Assembly: GCA_031400935.1 (NCBI GenBank)
Contig: JANNQV010000027.1
Coordinates: 1-64,000, forward strand
Direction: 5' to 3'
DNA length: 64,000 bases
Source: Armatimonadota bacterium
Lineage (GTDB): Bacteria; Armatimonadota; Fimbriimonadia; Fimbriimonadales; Fimbriimonadaceae
Part shown: piece after piece, positions 1 through 10,267 of the stretch
Numbering within the stretch: position 1 is the first letter of the stretch
How the letters are laid out: each line of letters begins with the position of its first letter
Program-made: the position numbers and the translations under genes
The notes under the pieces: generated by a model
The model's database searches: none
What the model was told of the DNA's origin: nothing
The model's input: the letters and a program-made list of their open reading frames with translations, nothing else

Positions 1-222
1 ATTGTAGGTGATCCAGTCATCCAAGCACGAGGATTCCATGGGCCGGAAGGCGCGCTTGATCAGGCAATGGAGGTTCTAATTGAGGGCCTGAAAACTCAAA
101 CAAAATCCGACCTTTCCGATGTGGACAAACTCAGACACTCAGTGGGGGATTTAGTTCGAAGGTATGTGACCAAGCGAACGCAACTGCGTCCGCTAGTTTT
201 GCCGACAATTGTTGAGATTTAG
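1..222 (+). CDS. rnj: Ribonuclease J, C-terminal end (partial, runs off left edge)
   Basis: Frame 1 is open from base 1 to TAG at 220-222 and reads IVGDPVIQARGF...RRYVTKRTQLRPLVLPTIVEI, matching the RNase J C-terminal pattern. Not in the ORF track. Confidence 0.75.
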   Translation: MVGDPVIQARGFHGPEGALDQAMEVLIEGLKTQTKSDLSDVDKLRHSVGDLVRRYVTKRTQLRPLVLPTIVEI

Positions 223-321
223 CGTGTCTTGGCCGTCCCGGCCAAGAAGATTGGGGACTTGGCCGAGACGGCCAAGACACGGACAAGCTCTTTTGGGACT
301 TGGGCGGGACGCCCAAGCCAC
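223..321. repeat. REP cluster, family A (3 units)
   Basis: cgtgt-cttggccg-tcc-cggccaag (223-246), its inverted partner cttggccg-aga-cggccaag-acacg (258-281), and cttgggcg-gga-cgcccaag-ccac (299-321). Confidence 0.8.
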
Positions 322-347
322 ACCATGCTGCAGCAGTAGACATGTGC

Positions 348-353
348 TAACCT
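348..353 (+). promoter_or_regulatory. Extended -10 (TGcTAACCT) 6 nt upstream of ruvA ATG, probable leaderless start
   Basis: TAACCT-aacaga-ATG with no Shine-Dalgarno. The same geometry recurs at many genes in the window. Confidence 0.55.
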
Positions 354-359
354 AACAGA

Positions 360-956
360 ATGATTGGAAGACTGCGAGGAGAACTGCTCGAAGTGCAAGG
401 TGCCGCCGTCACGATTGATTGTGGCGGTGTTGGATATGAAGTTCACTTGCCTGATTCCGTCCTACTCCAATTGCCTCCCATTGGGCAAGACGTAGATTTG
501 AGGATTCGCCAAGTTTTCAGGGAGGATGGAACCTATCTTTTCGGGTTTCTTGACCTTTTTCAGCGCAGGCTGTTTGATTTGCTCACCGAAGTAAAGGGGT
601 GCGGCCCAAAAATTGGGCTTTCGCTACTTGGCCAGCTTGGAGAACATGCAGTAGTCAGCGCGATTTTGACATCGGACGCGAGGTCACTCTCCAGAGCAAC
701 TGGCGTGGGCCCGCGTTTGGCAGAGAGAATCAATTTAGAACTGAAAGACAAGGTGACTGAGCTCGCCACAATGCAAAGAATTCAGGCGGCAGTTGACGGC
801 ACGTATCGAACCGGAGACCTAGTTGACGATGAATTGGTTGAAGTCCTATTGACACTTGGATACAAGAGGCAAGAGGCAGAAATGGCGGCACGAGGCGCAA
901 CTGGTGACAATGTCGAGGATAGGCTGAAACTCGCACTAAGGAGCCTAGCCAGATGA
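360..956 (+). CDS. ruvA: Holliday junction branch migration protein RuvA
   Basis: MIGRLRG...GGVGYEV, HhH motifs VKGCGPK and [11 protein letters not shown]-terminal LGY. ATGA overlap with ruvB. Confidence 0.97.
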   Translation: MIGRLRGELLEVQGAAVTIDCGGVGYEVHLPDSVLLQLPPIGQDVDLRIRQVFREDGTYLFGFLDLFQRRLFDLLTEVKGCGPKIGLSLLGQLGEHAVVSAILTSDARSLSRATGVGPRLAERINLELKDKVTELATMQRIQAAVDGTYRTGDLVDDELVEVLLTLGYKRQEAEMAARGATGDNVEDRLKLALRSLAR

Positions 957-1999
957 GTCGCGATAACGAAAATTTGGCGGTGACGGCGGATGTTGTAGAC
1001 AGAGCTTTTGACCTTTCTTTGAGGCCCAAAACCTTATCTGAATTCATCGGTCAAGAAAAACTGAAGCGAAACTTAAGCGTGTTCTTGAAGGCGGCGTTGC
1101 AGCGAAACGAGCCATTAGATCATTTGCTTCTATATGGGCCGCCTGGATTGGGGAAGACAACGATCGCACATATTGTTGCAACGGAGATGGCTGGAACCAT
1201 TCACATCACGAGCGGCCCAGCTATCGAACGTCCAGGCGATTTGGTTGGTATTCTGACCAATCTTGATGACGGCGCATTGCTTTTTATTGATGAAATCCAT
1301 CGTTTGCCAAGGGCCGTTGAAGAGATTCTCTATCCGGCGATGGAAGACCGGAAAGTTGACATCATGATCGGTAAGGGACCTGCGGCGCGTTCGATTCGGC
1401 TTGATGTGCCGGCGTTTACCGTTATTGGCGCAACAACTCGGCAAGGATTGCTTACTGGTCCGTTGCGAGACCGGTTTGGCATTACTGCGCTTTTCGAGTT
1501 TTATGACACCCAGCCGCTGTACGAGATCGTTGTTCGGTCTGCAAATATCCTCGGATATAGTGTCGAGCCCGACGGTGCCGAGGAAATTGCAAAGAGATCG
1601 CGTGGCACTCCAAGAATTGCGAATCGGCTATTGCGGAGGGTTCGCGATTTTGCGCAGGTAGACGGGCAAGATTCCATTCGGGCAAAGGGAGCAAAAATAG
1701 CTCTGGAAGCGCTGGAAATTGACGAGGCTGGTTTAGATTCAATGGATCGGAGGATATTAGGCACTATTATCCAGAAGTTTGAGGGCGGCCCAGTTGGTCT
1801 AGACACGATTGCCGCGAGCCTCGGCGAAGACGCTGGAACAGTTGAAGATGTGTACGAGCCGTACTTGATGATGCAGGGTTTGATTCAGCGCACTCCACGG
1901 GGCCGATGTGCCACAAAGCTAGCTTACGAGCACCTAAATCTTCCGTTGCCTGCAAAAACTCAAGCGGCGGTCCAAACCTTTTCGAGCGAAGAACCGTAA
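953..1999 (+). CDS. ruvB: Holliday junction DNA helicase RuvB
   Basis: [12 protein letters not shown], Walker [41 protein letters not shown]. Confidence 0.98.
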   Translation: MSRDNENLAVTADVVDRAFDLSLRPKTLSEFIGQEKLKRNLSVFLKAALQRNEPLDHLLLYGPPGLGKTTIAHIVATEMAGTIHITSGPAIERPGDLVGILTNLDDGALLFIDEIHRLPRAVEEILYPAMEDRKVDIMIGKGPAARSIRLDVPAFTVIGATTRQGLLTGPLRDRFGITALFEFYDTQPLYEIVVRSANILGYSVEPDGAEEIAKRSRGTPRIANRLLRRVRDFAQVDGQDSIRAKGAKIALEALEIDEAGLDSMDRRILGTIIQKFEGGPVGLDTIAASLGEDAGTVEDVYEPYLMMQGLIQRTPRGRCATKLAYEHLNLPLPAKTQAAVQTFSSEEP

Positions 2000-2011
2000 G
2001 AGTTCTTTGAA

Positions 2012-2860
2012 ATGACTGGACCCGCAATGATGAGCACCGCCGGAAGAAAATCGAAAAAATTACCCCTTTTCGGTGAATTCGTCCAGCATTCAAAACACAG
2101 TCAAGGCGTTGACGACGTTGAGGGTATGGCTGGCGGAATTTCTATGATGGGAATGGTTGCCGTTGGCTGGTTCGCTTGGCAATTTACCGGCTGGTGGACA
2201 ATACCTTTGGTAGTCGTAACCTGTGGCCCAATAGTGGCTTGGCTCGTAACCGCGATCTCGAATCGGGTTCACAAACGATCCGATGCCGAATTGGAAAGGC
2301 TCAAGAAACTGAAGCCTTTGATGAAAAACCTGAAAGGTTTTTTGGATTCAAGCAGGCTTCACCGCCATATTCAACCCGTCGCGGCTGCGCTGTTTGAAGA
2401 GTGCGCTCGAAACTGGCAGCGCATTCAGGAGGCAGCGAATGGCCCGGCTTGGAGCCAATCAAATTTGCCTCAACATTGGAAGGGCGTTAGGGATCAATCA
2501 CTTCTGGCATCGGAACTTGCCATGGAAGATGTCGTGCTTTTGCTACAAACTTCAATTGTTTCTCAGCCAAAGAACGAAGAATGGCAAACGGTTTTCACTG
2601 ATTTTTTACAGGGATTGATTGGGCAGGAGCCATCTGCACCGGACGTTGACCATTTTCCGGCTGAGTACGAAGCCGCAAGGGAAGTTGCTTGGAAGCTTCA
2701 GAGGCTTGCAAATGAGGTTGAGGGTGCCACTAAGCGTTTGCTATTGGACGAGGGAGTGCGCAAGCAGTTTTCGTCTGGCGAATCGCTTGACATGGTTTTG
2801 AGCGAACTCAGGGCGATTCAGGAAGCGGAGACAGAATTGCAGGATCGGCTAACTTCTTAG
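2012..2860 (+). CDS. Hypothetical membrane protein (two N-terminal TM helices plus helical soluble domain)
   Basis: 282-aa ORF directly after ruvB with hydrophobic segments at about aa 40-82. No recognised motif. Confidence 0.7.
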   Translation: MTGPAMMSTAGRKSKKLPLFGEFVQHSKHSQGVDDVEGMAGGISMMGMVAVGWFAWQFTGWWTIPLVVVTCGPIVAWLVTAISNRVHKRSDAELERLKKLKPLMKNLKGFLDSSRLHRHIQPVAAALFEECARNWQRIQEAANGPAWSQSNLPQHWKGVRDQSLLASELAMEDVVLLLQTSIVSQPKNEEWQTVFTDFLQGLIGQEPSAPDVDHFPAEYEAAREVAWKLQRLANEVEGATKRLLLDEGVRKQFSSGESLDMVLSELRAIQEAETELQDRLTS

Positions 2861-2933
2861 TTACTATGAGGTACTTGACTCCATAAATTAGTTCTACAAA
2901 TAATGCGAGAGCCAGCGTCCAATTTTCATGTTT

Positions 2934-3494
2934 TCACACCTTTCGTCGTGCAATTGCTTTACCAACGACGAATTCTTCATACGTCTCCAAAGCCGTGCAA
3001 ATTTCACATCCCATCGCGACAAAATTCTCGGTATCCGCATTCTTCATTACCCGGTCGCCAAAACATGCCTTAAACGCCGCTTCGTAGCGAATCCATCTCA
3101 AGAGTTCAGGTTCTTCTGACTCATCTACGAGCCTTTGAATTCTCATCGCAGCACGCGAGGAAATCAGGCGATCTGGCCTTTCAATATCAATCCCGATTCC
3201 CAAAATCCGTTCGTCCGCAATGCAAGTTGCGGCGATGGAAATGCCCTTCGTATGGGAAATTGAAGCGAAAAAATTATCTTCGACGCCTTCGACTGATTTG
3301 CAAAGTGCAAACCGAGATTCCCACCATTGGTCGGTCGCCAAAGCCGGCGGAGAAAGTAGCCGAGATTTGAATTCTTCAGTTCCTTGAAGTTTCCGAGCAA
3401 GAAAAGAAAGACGATGAGTTACAAATTCACGCTCGACATGCTCTCCAGACAAAACAGTATCAATCCTAAATCCAGCTTTGTTGAAAAGGGGCAT
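2934..3494 (-). CDS. 4'-phosphopantetheinyl transferase family protein (EntD/Sfp-like)
   Basis: SISHTKG, GIGIDIE and WIRYEAAFKA motifs. Confidence 0.8.
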   Translation of the reverse strand: MPLFNKAGFRIDTVLSGEHVEREFVTHRLSFLARKLQGTEEFKSRLLSPPALATDQWWESRFALCKSVEGVEDNFFASISHTKGISIAATCIADERILGIGIDIERPDRLISSRAAMRIQRLVDESEEPELLRWIRYEAAFKACFGDRVMKNADTENFVAMGCEICTALETYEEFVVGKAIARRKV

Positions 3495-3516
3495 CCGACT
3501 TCATTGTATCAATTTG

Positions 3517-3552
3517 AAAAAAGAAAAGCTCCGAGATTCTCGGAGCTTTTCT
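3517..3552 (-). terminator. Intrinsic terminator after 3572..4228
   Basis: Palindrome agaaaagctccgaga-t-tctcggagcttttct followed by a U-run on the minus strand. Confidence 0.8.
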
Positions 3553-3571
3553 AAGCCAAAACCAAACCGCG

Positions 3572-4228
3572 TTAGCCACCAAACAAGCTGTCTTCGACAG
3601 CTAGGCCGATCTCCAGCTTCTGAATTTCGCAAGTCATGAACTTTGTTTTCGTCTTGAGTTCAGCGACTTCGGTTTTCCAAATAAAGTGGGATTTGGGATC
3701 AATCCAATACTTCACAAGTACGCCCTGCTCGTTTGCAGTTTCTTCAAGAATCGTCCATTTTTTCTCGTTCCAGTCCTGATCGGTAGAGATTTTGAACTCG
3801 CTTTTTTTCATATTTCCTTCGTCGCCCGTACTAAGTTGCTTTTGGTAATCCCAAAAACAGAGCGTTTCTAGGTTCAATGGGCCAACTCCGCTAAGCATTT
3901 CGATTGAATACGGAATTTCTTCCTTGCCTTCCGGAGACGATACAGTTATCGTTTTCCCATCGCAAATCACTTTGAACTTGCCATCCGCTCCGAACATCGA
4001 ATCCGTGTACATATAGAGCTTGTCTGGGCCTTTGAATGTCGCCTCAAAAATTGTTGAAGCCTCTTTTTCTTCAAAGAGCATCGTGGATTTCAGGGTCAAT
4101 TTGGCAGATTTAGCGTCCTTATAGGCACCGCGCATTGCTGTAAGAAGCTTTTCAACTTCTTCATCGGCTGTAAAGGCAATATTCGAGGCTAAAAGTAGGC
4201 TAGTGGCCAAAATGGATTTCAGATTCAT
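3572..4228 (-). CDS. Exported LolA-like/DUF2092-like beta-sheet protein
   Basis: Signal peptide (MNLKSILATSLLLASNIAFTA), F.GPDKL, VICDGKT, YWIDPK, and terminal DSLF typical of the LolA-like fold. Confidence 0.6.
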   Translation of the reverse strand: MNLKSILATSLLLASNIAFTADEEVEKLLTAMRGAYKDAKSAKLTLKSTMLFEEKEASTIFEATFKGPDKLYMYTDSMFGADGKFKVICDGKTITVSSPEGKEEIPYSIEMLSGVGPLNLETLCFWDYQKQLSTGDEGNMKKSEFKISTDQDWNEKKWTILEETANEQGVLVKYWIDPKSHFIWKTEVAELKTKTKFMTCEIQKLEIGLAVEDSLFGG

Positions 4229-4237
4229 GTTCTTTCC

Positions 4238-4266
4238 TTACGTTGCTCTTTCAAGATTCGTTTGCA
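4238..4266 (-). promoter_or_regulatory. Possible ECF-sigma promoter for the LolA-like gene
   Basis: Minus strand reads TGCAAAC-N17-CGTAA about 10 nt before the ATG, resembling the ECF AAC/CGT consensus. Confidence 0.35.
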
Positions 4267-4284
4267 GATTCTCAATTACTTTGT

Positions 4285-4424
4285 GGGACTGTTGAGAAAT
4301 ACCGTTCTCAGTGTCTGGCATTTCTCCGGGATGCATGATTCGGGCGACTTTTAACCTGGGGTCTCTCAGGTTCGACCCCAGGTTAAATTCTTTGATCCCT
4401 TCGGGATCATTTCTCAACTGACCC
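4285..4424. mobile_element. MITE-like 140-bp element with terminal inverted repeats
   Basis: GGGACTGTTGAGAAAT (4285-4300) versus GGGTCAGTTGAGAAAT (reverse complement of 4409-4424). Internal 14-bp perfect hairpin at 4350-4387 and a gatccc-ttc-gggatc hairpin. No clear target-site duplication. Confidence 0.45.
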
Positions 4425-4439
4425 TTTACGTACTTTGAC

Positions 4440-4497
4440 CTTGGGCGAGACGCCTAAGCCACGCAGAAGCCACTCATGTCCGGGACGGACATTCCAC
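4440..4497. repeat. REP cluster, family A (2 units)
   Basis: cttgggcg-aga-cgcctaag-ccac and atgtccg-gga-cggacat-tccac. Confidence 0.75.
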
Positions 4498-4533
4498 AAG
4501 AGAGTGCCCTCCTCAGGTAAACCATTGTGCCCT

Positions 4534-5292
4534 ATGCTCGAAGTTCGCGATCTCGTCAAAGAATATAAGAATCTTCGGGCAGTTGATGGGCTTTCCTTTA
4601 CCATTCAGCCTGGTGAAATTGTAGGATTGTTGGGCCCGAACGGTGCTGGCAAAACAACGGCATTGCGATGCGTTGCCGGGATTTTGAAGCCAACAGCAGG
4701 CTCAATTAGCATCAATGGGTTCGATTTGAACCGGCAGCAGGCCCTAGCGAAAATGCAAATGGCTTTCGTTCCTGAATTGCCTTCATTGTATGAATTGTTA
4801 ACGGTTGAAGAGCATTTGCGATTTGTCGCTATGTGTTTTGATTCGATGACAGATTTCGACTCGAGAGCTTCAGAGCTTTTGAGCAGATACCGCCTTGAAG
4901 ACAAACGCCATGTTTTGGTCGCAACACTTAGCAAAGGCATGCGCCAAAAACTGGCCATTGCCTGTGCGTTCATCCATTCCGCGAATATTTTGCTATTCGA
5001 TGAGCCGATCATCGGAATTGATCCTGCTGGTGTTGCCGAAGTTAAGGCCGAATTGCTGCGTGCCAGAAATGATGGATGTGCAATTCTTGTTTCGACCCAT
5101 TTGCTTGATACAGCTGAAAAGCTTTGCGACCGCGTGATTATTGTTGCAAACGGAAAAATGCTTGCGGAAGGAACGCTGGCCGAGCTGCAGCAGCGAAACG
5201 ATATGCTGGGCCTTAGCTTAGAAGAGATATTCCTAAGACTTACTGAATCACCATCGAATCACCATGAAACCGCTCCTCTATTTGACGTATAG
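4534..5292 (+). CDS. ABC transporter ATP-binding protein
   Basis: Likely start MLEVRDLVKEY at 4534, since the longer track start runs through REPs. GPNGAGKTT, LSKGMRQK, LLFDEP, STH motifs. Confidence 0.93.
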   Translation: MLEVRDLVKEYKNLRAVDGLSFTIQPGEIVGLLGPNGAGKTTALRCVAGILKPTAGSISINGFDLNRQQALAKMQMAFVPELPSLYELLTVEEHLRFVAMCFDSMTDFDSRASELLSRYRLEDKRHVLVATLSKGMRQKLAIACAFIHSANILLFDEPIIGIDPAGVAEVKAELLRARNDGCAILVSTHLLDTAEKLCDRVIIVANGKMLAEGTLAELQQRNDMLGLSLEEIFLRLTESPSNHHETAPLFDV

Positions 5293-6952
5293 CCAGTTCA
5301 AAAATGGAGTGATTCGTGCGGCAAGTTCGCCGAAACGGTTGATCGGCCTATTGTTCTTCTTTGGTTATTATTTCTTGATTTTTGTGCGCCCTGGAAACTT
5401 TGGAGGAGGGCGAGATTTGGTGCCGGGCCAACTCAACGGCCAACTTGAGTTTCCGCCATTGCAACTGGTTCAGGCTATCGTCTTTGCTGCAATGGCTGCG
5501 ATGTCGCTTTTCCTAATGATGGGAGCCGGAATGCAGCAGGCTGCCTTCAAACCCGCTGATGTTGACGTTTTATTCCCAACTCCAATCTCGCCAAAAACGG
5601 TGTTGATATTCCGAATCATTCGGGACTATTTCTTCACGTTAATTGTTCCAATCATCATTGTTTTGTTTGGAATTCAACCCGCAAAACGCGGATTCGATGC
5701 ACTATTTCGGAATTTTCCAAATCCAGAATATGGAATGATGGCGCTTCGCGCGCTCGGCCTCGGCTGGCTACTGATTGCCTTAATGTGGGTTTGCACCAAC
5801 TACGCGATGAGCCTATTTATCAATCGAAGCGACAGATCGAGCGATCGAAATAAGAACCTGCTTTCATGGGGGCTTGTCGCCGTCTCAATAGTGGCAATTG
5901 CTTACGTAGGATTTGAAGCGAGACACATGCCTGAACTCGCGCAATGGGTCAGGTTCTCCGAAAGCTCGCCAATCCGAATCTTCTTTTTCCCTGCGACCTT
6001 AGCCCTTTGGCTTGTTATGGCACCTTTATCAGGTTCATGGCTATATGGTGCAATTGGGCTATTCTGCTTACTAGGGATATCTGTCGGAGCGCTAAAAGTA
6101 GCGCTCACGCAATCAGCCTGGATGTACGATCAGGCAGCAGTCAAAGGATTTCAAAGTACTAACTTGAGAGCCATGCAACGTTCGGGCGACATGATGGGAG
6201 TTTCGGCTGAGCTTGCGCGTCAAGGAAAAATCAAAGTCAAATCCCATGCGCGGCTTAACCGCTCCAAACTGCGCGGTCCTTGGGCACTCCTATGGAAGGA
6301 AGCCTTCCTGCTTGGCCGCGGGATGCGTGGAATGATTTATGCATTGGGGTTGCTTACGGTTCTCATGCTGGTGATTCCAATTGCAATTCCTGAAGAAACC
6401 GGGCGCATTGCGACAGTAGGAATGTTGCTGACCCTCCAATTGTCATCGGTTATGTCGCTCACTCTTCCTTTGGCGCAAGTTGGATTCATCGAATGGCTGC
6501 GAAGGGTGGATTTGCTGAAACCTCTTCCATTTCCCGCTTTTCGCATGGCAATTGCAGAAATATCTGCGAAAGCCGCGCTAAGCATTGTTGCTTCGATCAT
6601 TGGGGCGATTGGAGTCAGCATCGCAAAGCCCTATGTTGTGCTCGAATGTGCGGCTTCCGTTGTCCTCGTTGCTGGGCTCTCGCTTGTAATGAGCGCGACT
6701 GTTTTGATGGTAACGGTGCTTTTTCCAGATGTAGAAGATCAAACTCAGCGGCAGTTCCGCGGTTTGGTAACAATGCTCGGAGTCTTCATTTTGGGTTCGA
6801 TGCCAGTCGGCGTGTTTCTAGCTTTGTGGCTCGCCGTTGGCTGGAATATCTTATTGGCTACATTGGCACCAATAACCATTTGCCTGTTACTCACATGGAT
6901 TTTGTGCGTAATTGCCGGAAGCCTTTATGAGGGCTACAACCCGAGCGAATAG
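5264..6952 (+). CDS. ABC exporter permease (putative ABC exporter family, many TM helices)
   Basis: Highly hydrophobic 562 aa overlapping the ATPase gene. FKPADVDVLFPTPISPK and LLKPLP repeats are typical of this permease family. Confidence 0.8.
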   Translation: MKPLLYLTYSQFKNGVIRAASSPKRLIGLLFFFGYYFLIFVRPGNFGGGRDLVPGQLNGQLEFPPLQLVQAIVFAAMAAMSLFLMMGAGMQQAAFKPADVDVLFPTPISPKTVLIFRIIRDYFFTLIVPIIIVLFGIQPAKRGFDALFRNFPNPEYGMMALRALGLGWLLIALMWVCTNYAMSLFINRSDRSSDRNKNLLSWGLVAVSIVAIAYVGFEARHMPELAQWVRFSESSPIRIFFFPATLALWLVMAPLSGSWLYGAIGLFCLLGISVGALKVALTQSAWMYDQAAVKGFQSTNLRAMQRSGDMMGVSAELARQGKIKVKSHARLNRSKLRGPWALLWKEAFLLGRGMRGMIYALGLLTVLMLVIPIAIPEETGRIATVGMLLTLQLSSVMSLTLPLAQVGFIEWLRRVDLLKPLPFPAFRMAIAEISAKAALSIVASIIGAIGVSIAKPYVVLECAASVVLVAGLSLVMSATVLMVTVLFPDVEDQTQRQFRGLVTMLGVFILGSMPVGVFLALWLAVGWNILLATLAPITICLLLTWILCVIAGSLYEGYNPSE

Positions 6953-7016
6953 AGCCAGAGAGTAAACTGGATTCAACTCGCCGAACTGATCAATAAATTG
7001 AGTTGTTAATAAATCC

Positions 7017-8147
7017 ATGCCACTTAGATCCTCAACCAAAATTTTGATTGGCGCGATTTGCCTCGGAGCCATTGGCTACCTAGGTGTTAGGGTTCTTCCA
7101 GATTACTTGATCATGAAAGAGTCGTTTGACCCGCTTGTGCCCGGTGAAGTTAATATTCTCGGGGTGGATACGACAAAGGGTTACCACATCGTGGTTGCAA
7201 ACCAAGTTGCCCAATTGGTCTTAGGTTCCGGTGGAAGCTTTGAGTCTCCGGACAAGAAAGAAGGTGGCAACGACCAGGAAAAGCGCAGGATTCCCTTGCG
7301 AGATATGTTGGGGGCGCTTCAGGGAGATTCGGCCGCTATGGGCAAATTCGTGATGACGATGAACCAGATCAGCGATTCGAGCCTGCCAGCCTATCCCATT
7401 GTTTGGAGCGCGAATGATATTCAAAAAGCTATTGACGGCGATCCAGTATTGGCAAAAAAACTGGAGCAAGACATGAATGTGCGTCTCGACGGCTCACCTA
7501 CTGAAACGCTGAGATTTGCCGCCATTCTTGAAGGAATTGTGATCGAATCTCCTGTAACTGTTGCCATCGTTAAGGATGGAAAAACAACCAATGTAACTGG
7601 CAATTTGCGTGAAGAATACAGGCCTCGCTTTATGAGAGATCTAGAAATTCAGATTGCGGAGGAAGGAAAACTCACCAAGGAAATGATGCGGACATACTAC
7701 ATTGTTTCGGCACAAAAATTGCTTAAAGATCCTTCCAGGTGCGAAAACATTCGCAGTTCACTGCAGTCCAGAATCTCGAAAGCTCGGATGAAACAATTGG
7801 CGGAACTACCTGAACAACTGCTAAACAGCGTCACCGTGGTTGTAAATGACAGTTTCATTGAAGATGGGTCGTATTCGACCTACGAAGGGACCGACGGCAA
7901 ATCACAGCATAATATGACGATCAAATTAAATGAAGAAGGCCGCCGCCGGCTTTGGCAATATAGTGCAAAACACCGAGGCGAGCAGCTTTTAGTCGTTTGG
8001 AATGGAGTTGCAATTGCCGCTCCGAGAATGGACCAAGCGATTCCTTTCGCCGAGGTGCAAATAAAACAGATTTCAGATCAAGGACTGATCGAGGACACTC
8101 TTGATTCGATCAAGAGATTAAATCAAAATAGGAAAGTAAAACCATGA
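7017..8147 (+). CDS. Membrane-anchored protein with C-terminal SecD/SecF P1-head-like domain
   Basis: Single N-terminal TM. C-terminal IKLNEEGRRRLWQYSAKHRGEQLLVVWNGVAIAAPRMDQAI resembles the SecD P1 head (F..EG...F...T....G..LAIVLDG....AP.I...I). No SecD TM bundle. Confidence 0.6.
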   Translation: MPLRSSTKILIGAICLGAIGYLGVRVLPDYLIMKESFDPLVPGEVNILGVDTTKGYHIVVANQVAQLVLGSGGSFESPDKKEGGNDQEKRRIPLRDMLGALQGDSAAMGKFVMTMNQISDSSLPAYPIVWSANDIQKAIDGDPVLAKKLEQDMNVRLDGSPTETLRFAAILEGIVIESPVTVAIVKDGKTTNVTGNLREEYRPRFMRDLEIQIAEEGKLTKEMMRTYYIVSAQKLLKDPSRCENIRSSLQSRISKARMKQLAELPEQLLNSVTVVVNDSFIEDGSYSTYEGTDGKSQHNMTIKLNEEGRRRLWQYSAKHRGEQLLVVWNGVAIAAPRMDQAIPFAEVQIKQISDQGLIEDTLDSIKRLNQNRKVKP

Positions 8148-8887
8148 ACAGATCAATTTTTTGGGCATTTGTTGCCGTTGTATCAATAATTTGCGTTGGC
8201 TGCGGATCAGGCTCAGGCAATTACACGCCAAAACCAGTCACACCAATTGTGGTGGAAAAGATCACAAATGAGGACGGAAAGCTATTGTTCCCAGCAAAGG
8301 TTGGCAACAAATGGACCTACGATATCGAGAGCCAACAGTCTGTCGCGGGTCAGATCAGCGAGTCAAATGAAACACTCGTATTCGAAATCGTTGGCATCAA
8401 GCCAGTCGGTACTGGAATCGAGATTACGATGAAAAGTACGATTGGCGCCGACAAAACCGATACTCAAACTTGGTTGCTCGACGAGCGTGGGCTTTTCCAA
8501 GTCACCGTAGCTTCCAAGGGAACTGCTTATACTCCGCCTCAGCCAACTTTTCTGTTTCCGATTCAACCCGGCGAGAATTTCACTTGGAAAGGCGAAGGCC
8601 CCACTATCCTGGGAACCAATGGCAAACAATCCTACAAGGGCACCATGTACGAGCCCCAACTCGTAGATACAAAAATGGGCACCATGACTGGCGTTGGAAT
8701 TGAGGCGAACGGAACTTTTTCTGAAGCGAACGTCAAAGAAGGAAAAGTAAAAATCGTGTCATATTGGGCTAAGAACGTGGGGCTCATTCGATATCGCCAA
8801 GATTCAGTATTTACTACCGATAAAGGCGTTGGCGTGGTGGGAGCAAATGTGCTCGTTCTAAAAGAATATTCGCTGAAGAAGGATTGA
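8144..8887 (+). CDS. Lipoprotein, beta-rich uncharacterised family (paralog 1 of 4)
   Basis: Lipobox CVGC, FPAKVGNKWTY, FTWKGE, YWAKNVGLIR. ATGA overlaps on both sides. Confidence 0.8.
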   Translation: MNRSIFWAFVAVVSIICVGCGSGSGNYTPKPVTPIVVEKITNEDGKLLFPAKVGNKWTYDIESQQSVAGQISESNETLVFEIVGIKPVGTGIEITMKSTIGADKTDTQTWLLDERGLFQVTVASKGTAYTPPQPTFLFPIQPGENFTWKGEGPTILGTNGKQSYKGTMYEPQLVDTKMGTMTGVGIEANGTFSEANVKEGKVKIVSYWAKNVGLIRYRQDSVFTTDKGVGVVGANVLVLKEYSLKKD

Positions 8888-9639
8888 TGAAGAAATATAC
8901 ATTTTTGACATTTGCGATTCTGGCGTTGCTCGGTTGCCAAAATTCTGATACCAAGACCGGTCCAGTGAACCTGGAAAGTTCTTCGGCGAATCACGAAACG
9001 GTTGCATCGAATGCTGGAACAAATTCGGGCACAGCAATTGAACCAACGAAGGAATCCATTCCGCCAGCCCTCAAGCATGCCGGCTATGAGTATTACGGAC
9101 TGAGTTTCGAGGGTCCACTAGGCTATAAACAAACTTCGGCAGGAAATTCAGAAGACGCAGGCCAAACCACAACCTTTAGCCGGATGGAAGGTGGGAAGGC
9201 ATACTTCGAGACGACTCGCACAGGCCAATTTAGTCAGATCGGCGACTCGGAAGTTATGGTGGATGGGACTGGCGTTTATACAACCGCTGTAGGAGGCAAA
9301 AAATTGCCTACTCCATCGCTCGAAGTTCCTGCAGACCTTGCTCCGGGAAGCAAGTGGGAATCAACTTCGACTTTTACGGTGAATTCAAATGGGACACCCG
9401 TTGAAGTTTCTCAGTCCATGACATACAAGGCTGAAAAGTTTGAATCAATAACTTCAAAAGCAGGCAAATTTGATACTCTAAAAATAACGGCTTCTGGAAC
9501 GATGACTGTTAGCGGCAACACATCAAAGAATGTTTCTACAATGTGGTTCAGCAAAGGGGTCGGCTTCGTCAGGATGAATACTGTCTTAACGACGGCCGGT
9601 AAGCCACAAAAACTCAGTGTCGAACTCGTGAAAAAATAA
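8884..9639 (+). CDS. Lipoprotein, paralog 2 of 4
   Basis: Lipobox LLGC, PGSKWES, E.ITSKAGKFDTLKI, WFSKGVGFVR. Confidence 0.8.
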   Translation: MMKKYTFLTFAILALLGCQNSDTKTGPVNLESSSANHETVASNAGTNSGTAIEPTKESIPPALKHAGYEYYGLSFEGPLGYKQTSAGNSEDAGQTTTFSRMEGGKAYFETTRTGQFSQIGDSEVMVDGTGVYTTAVGGKKLPTPSLEVPADLAPGSKWESTSTFTVNSNGTPVEVSQSMTYKAEKFESITSKAGKFDTLKITASGTMTVSGNTSKNVSTMWFSKGVGFVRMNTVLTTAGKPQKLSVELVKK

Positions 9640-9643
9640 GCTA

Positions 9644-10267
9644 ATGATCGTTTGTCTTGCAGCATTTCTCGTCCAAGGGGCATCAACTCCATCAGTTTCT
9701 GATTTTTTCCCATCAGCTGTGGGAACGAAATGGACCTATGAGGAATCCGCCGATCTTAAATCAGCCTACAGTGACGTTGTCGTTGAGCCAGTAAGTTTCG
9801 AGGGCGTACCGACGATCACAATCGTAACCAAAACCAATACAAAAGTTGGCGAACAAGTTGTGGGCATGACCCACTACCGGATCATCGGCGATACGATTTT
9901 TGCAGTTGCATTTGAGAAAAAAATGGTTTTAGCCGATCCGCATCCGATCCTTAAAATTGGTGCGGGGACCACTACATGGGAGTACAAAGGTGTGACTCCG
10001 TTGAGTAGCGTTCTGCTTCCTATGGAATTCAAGGCAACCTCGAAATGGAAACCAAAGATGAATCTATTTGGCGAGGATAGGGATTGCATAGAAGTTGATA
10101 TGACAGCAATAATTAAGGAAGCAGGAGGCACTGTCACAACGAATGTGCATCAAATTTCGACTTATGCAAAGGGTCTCGGAATGGTCGAAATGAGTGAAAA
10201 CACATCTTACAACCGCACAAAATCCTCCAGAAGGGTCAAACTCATTAAATTCGAGACGCCGACGTGA
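9644..10267 (+). CDS. Exported protein, paralog 3 of 4
   Basis: Short signal, FFPSAVGTKWTY, TWEYKG, YAKGLGMVE. Confidence 0.8.
   Translation: MIVCLAAFLVQGASTPSVSDFFPSAVGTKWTYEESADLKSAYSDVVVEPVSFEGVPTITIVTKTNTKVGEQVVGMTHYRIIGDTIFAVAFEKKMVLADPHPILKIGAGTTTWEYKGVTPLSSVLLPMEFKATSKWKPKMNLFGEDRDCIEVDMTAIIKEAGGTVTTNVHQISTYAKGLGMVEMSENTSYNRTKSSRRVKLIKFETPT

Noticed and set aside
2934..3494. PPTase as marker of an NRPS/PKS cluster
   Set aside because: No carrier-protein or synthase genes lie nearby.
4435..4533. N-terminal extension of the ABC ATPase in the ORF track (likewise 41839-41949 for MoxR, 54833-55009, 39357-39410)
   Set aside because: These extensions run through REPs or promoter DNA, and family homology begins at the downstream Met.
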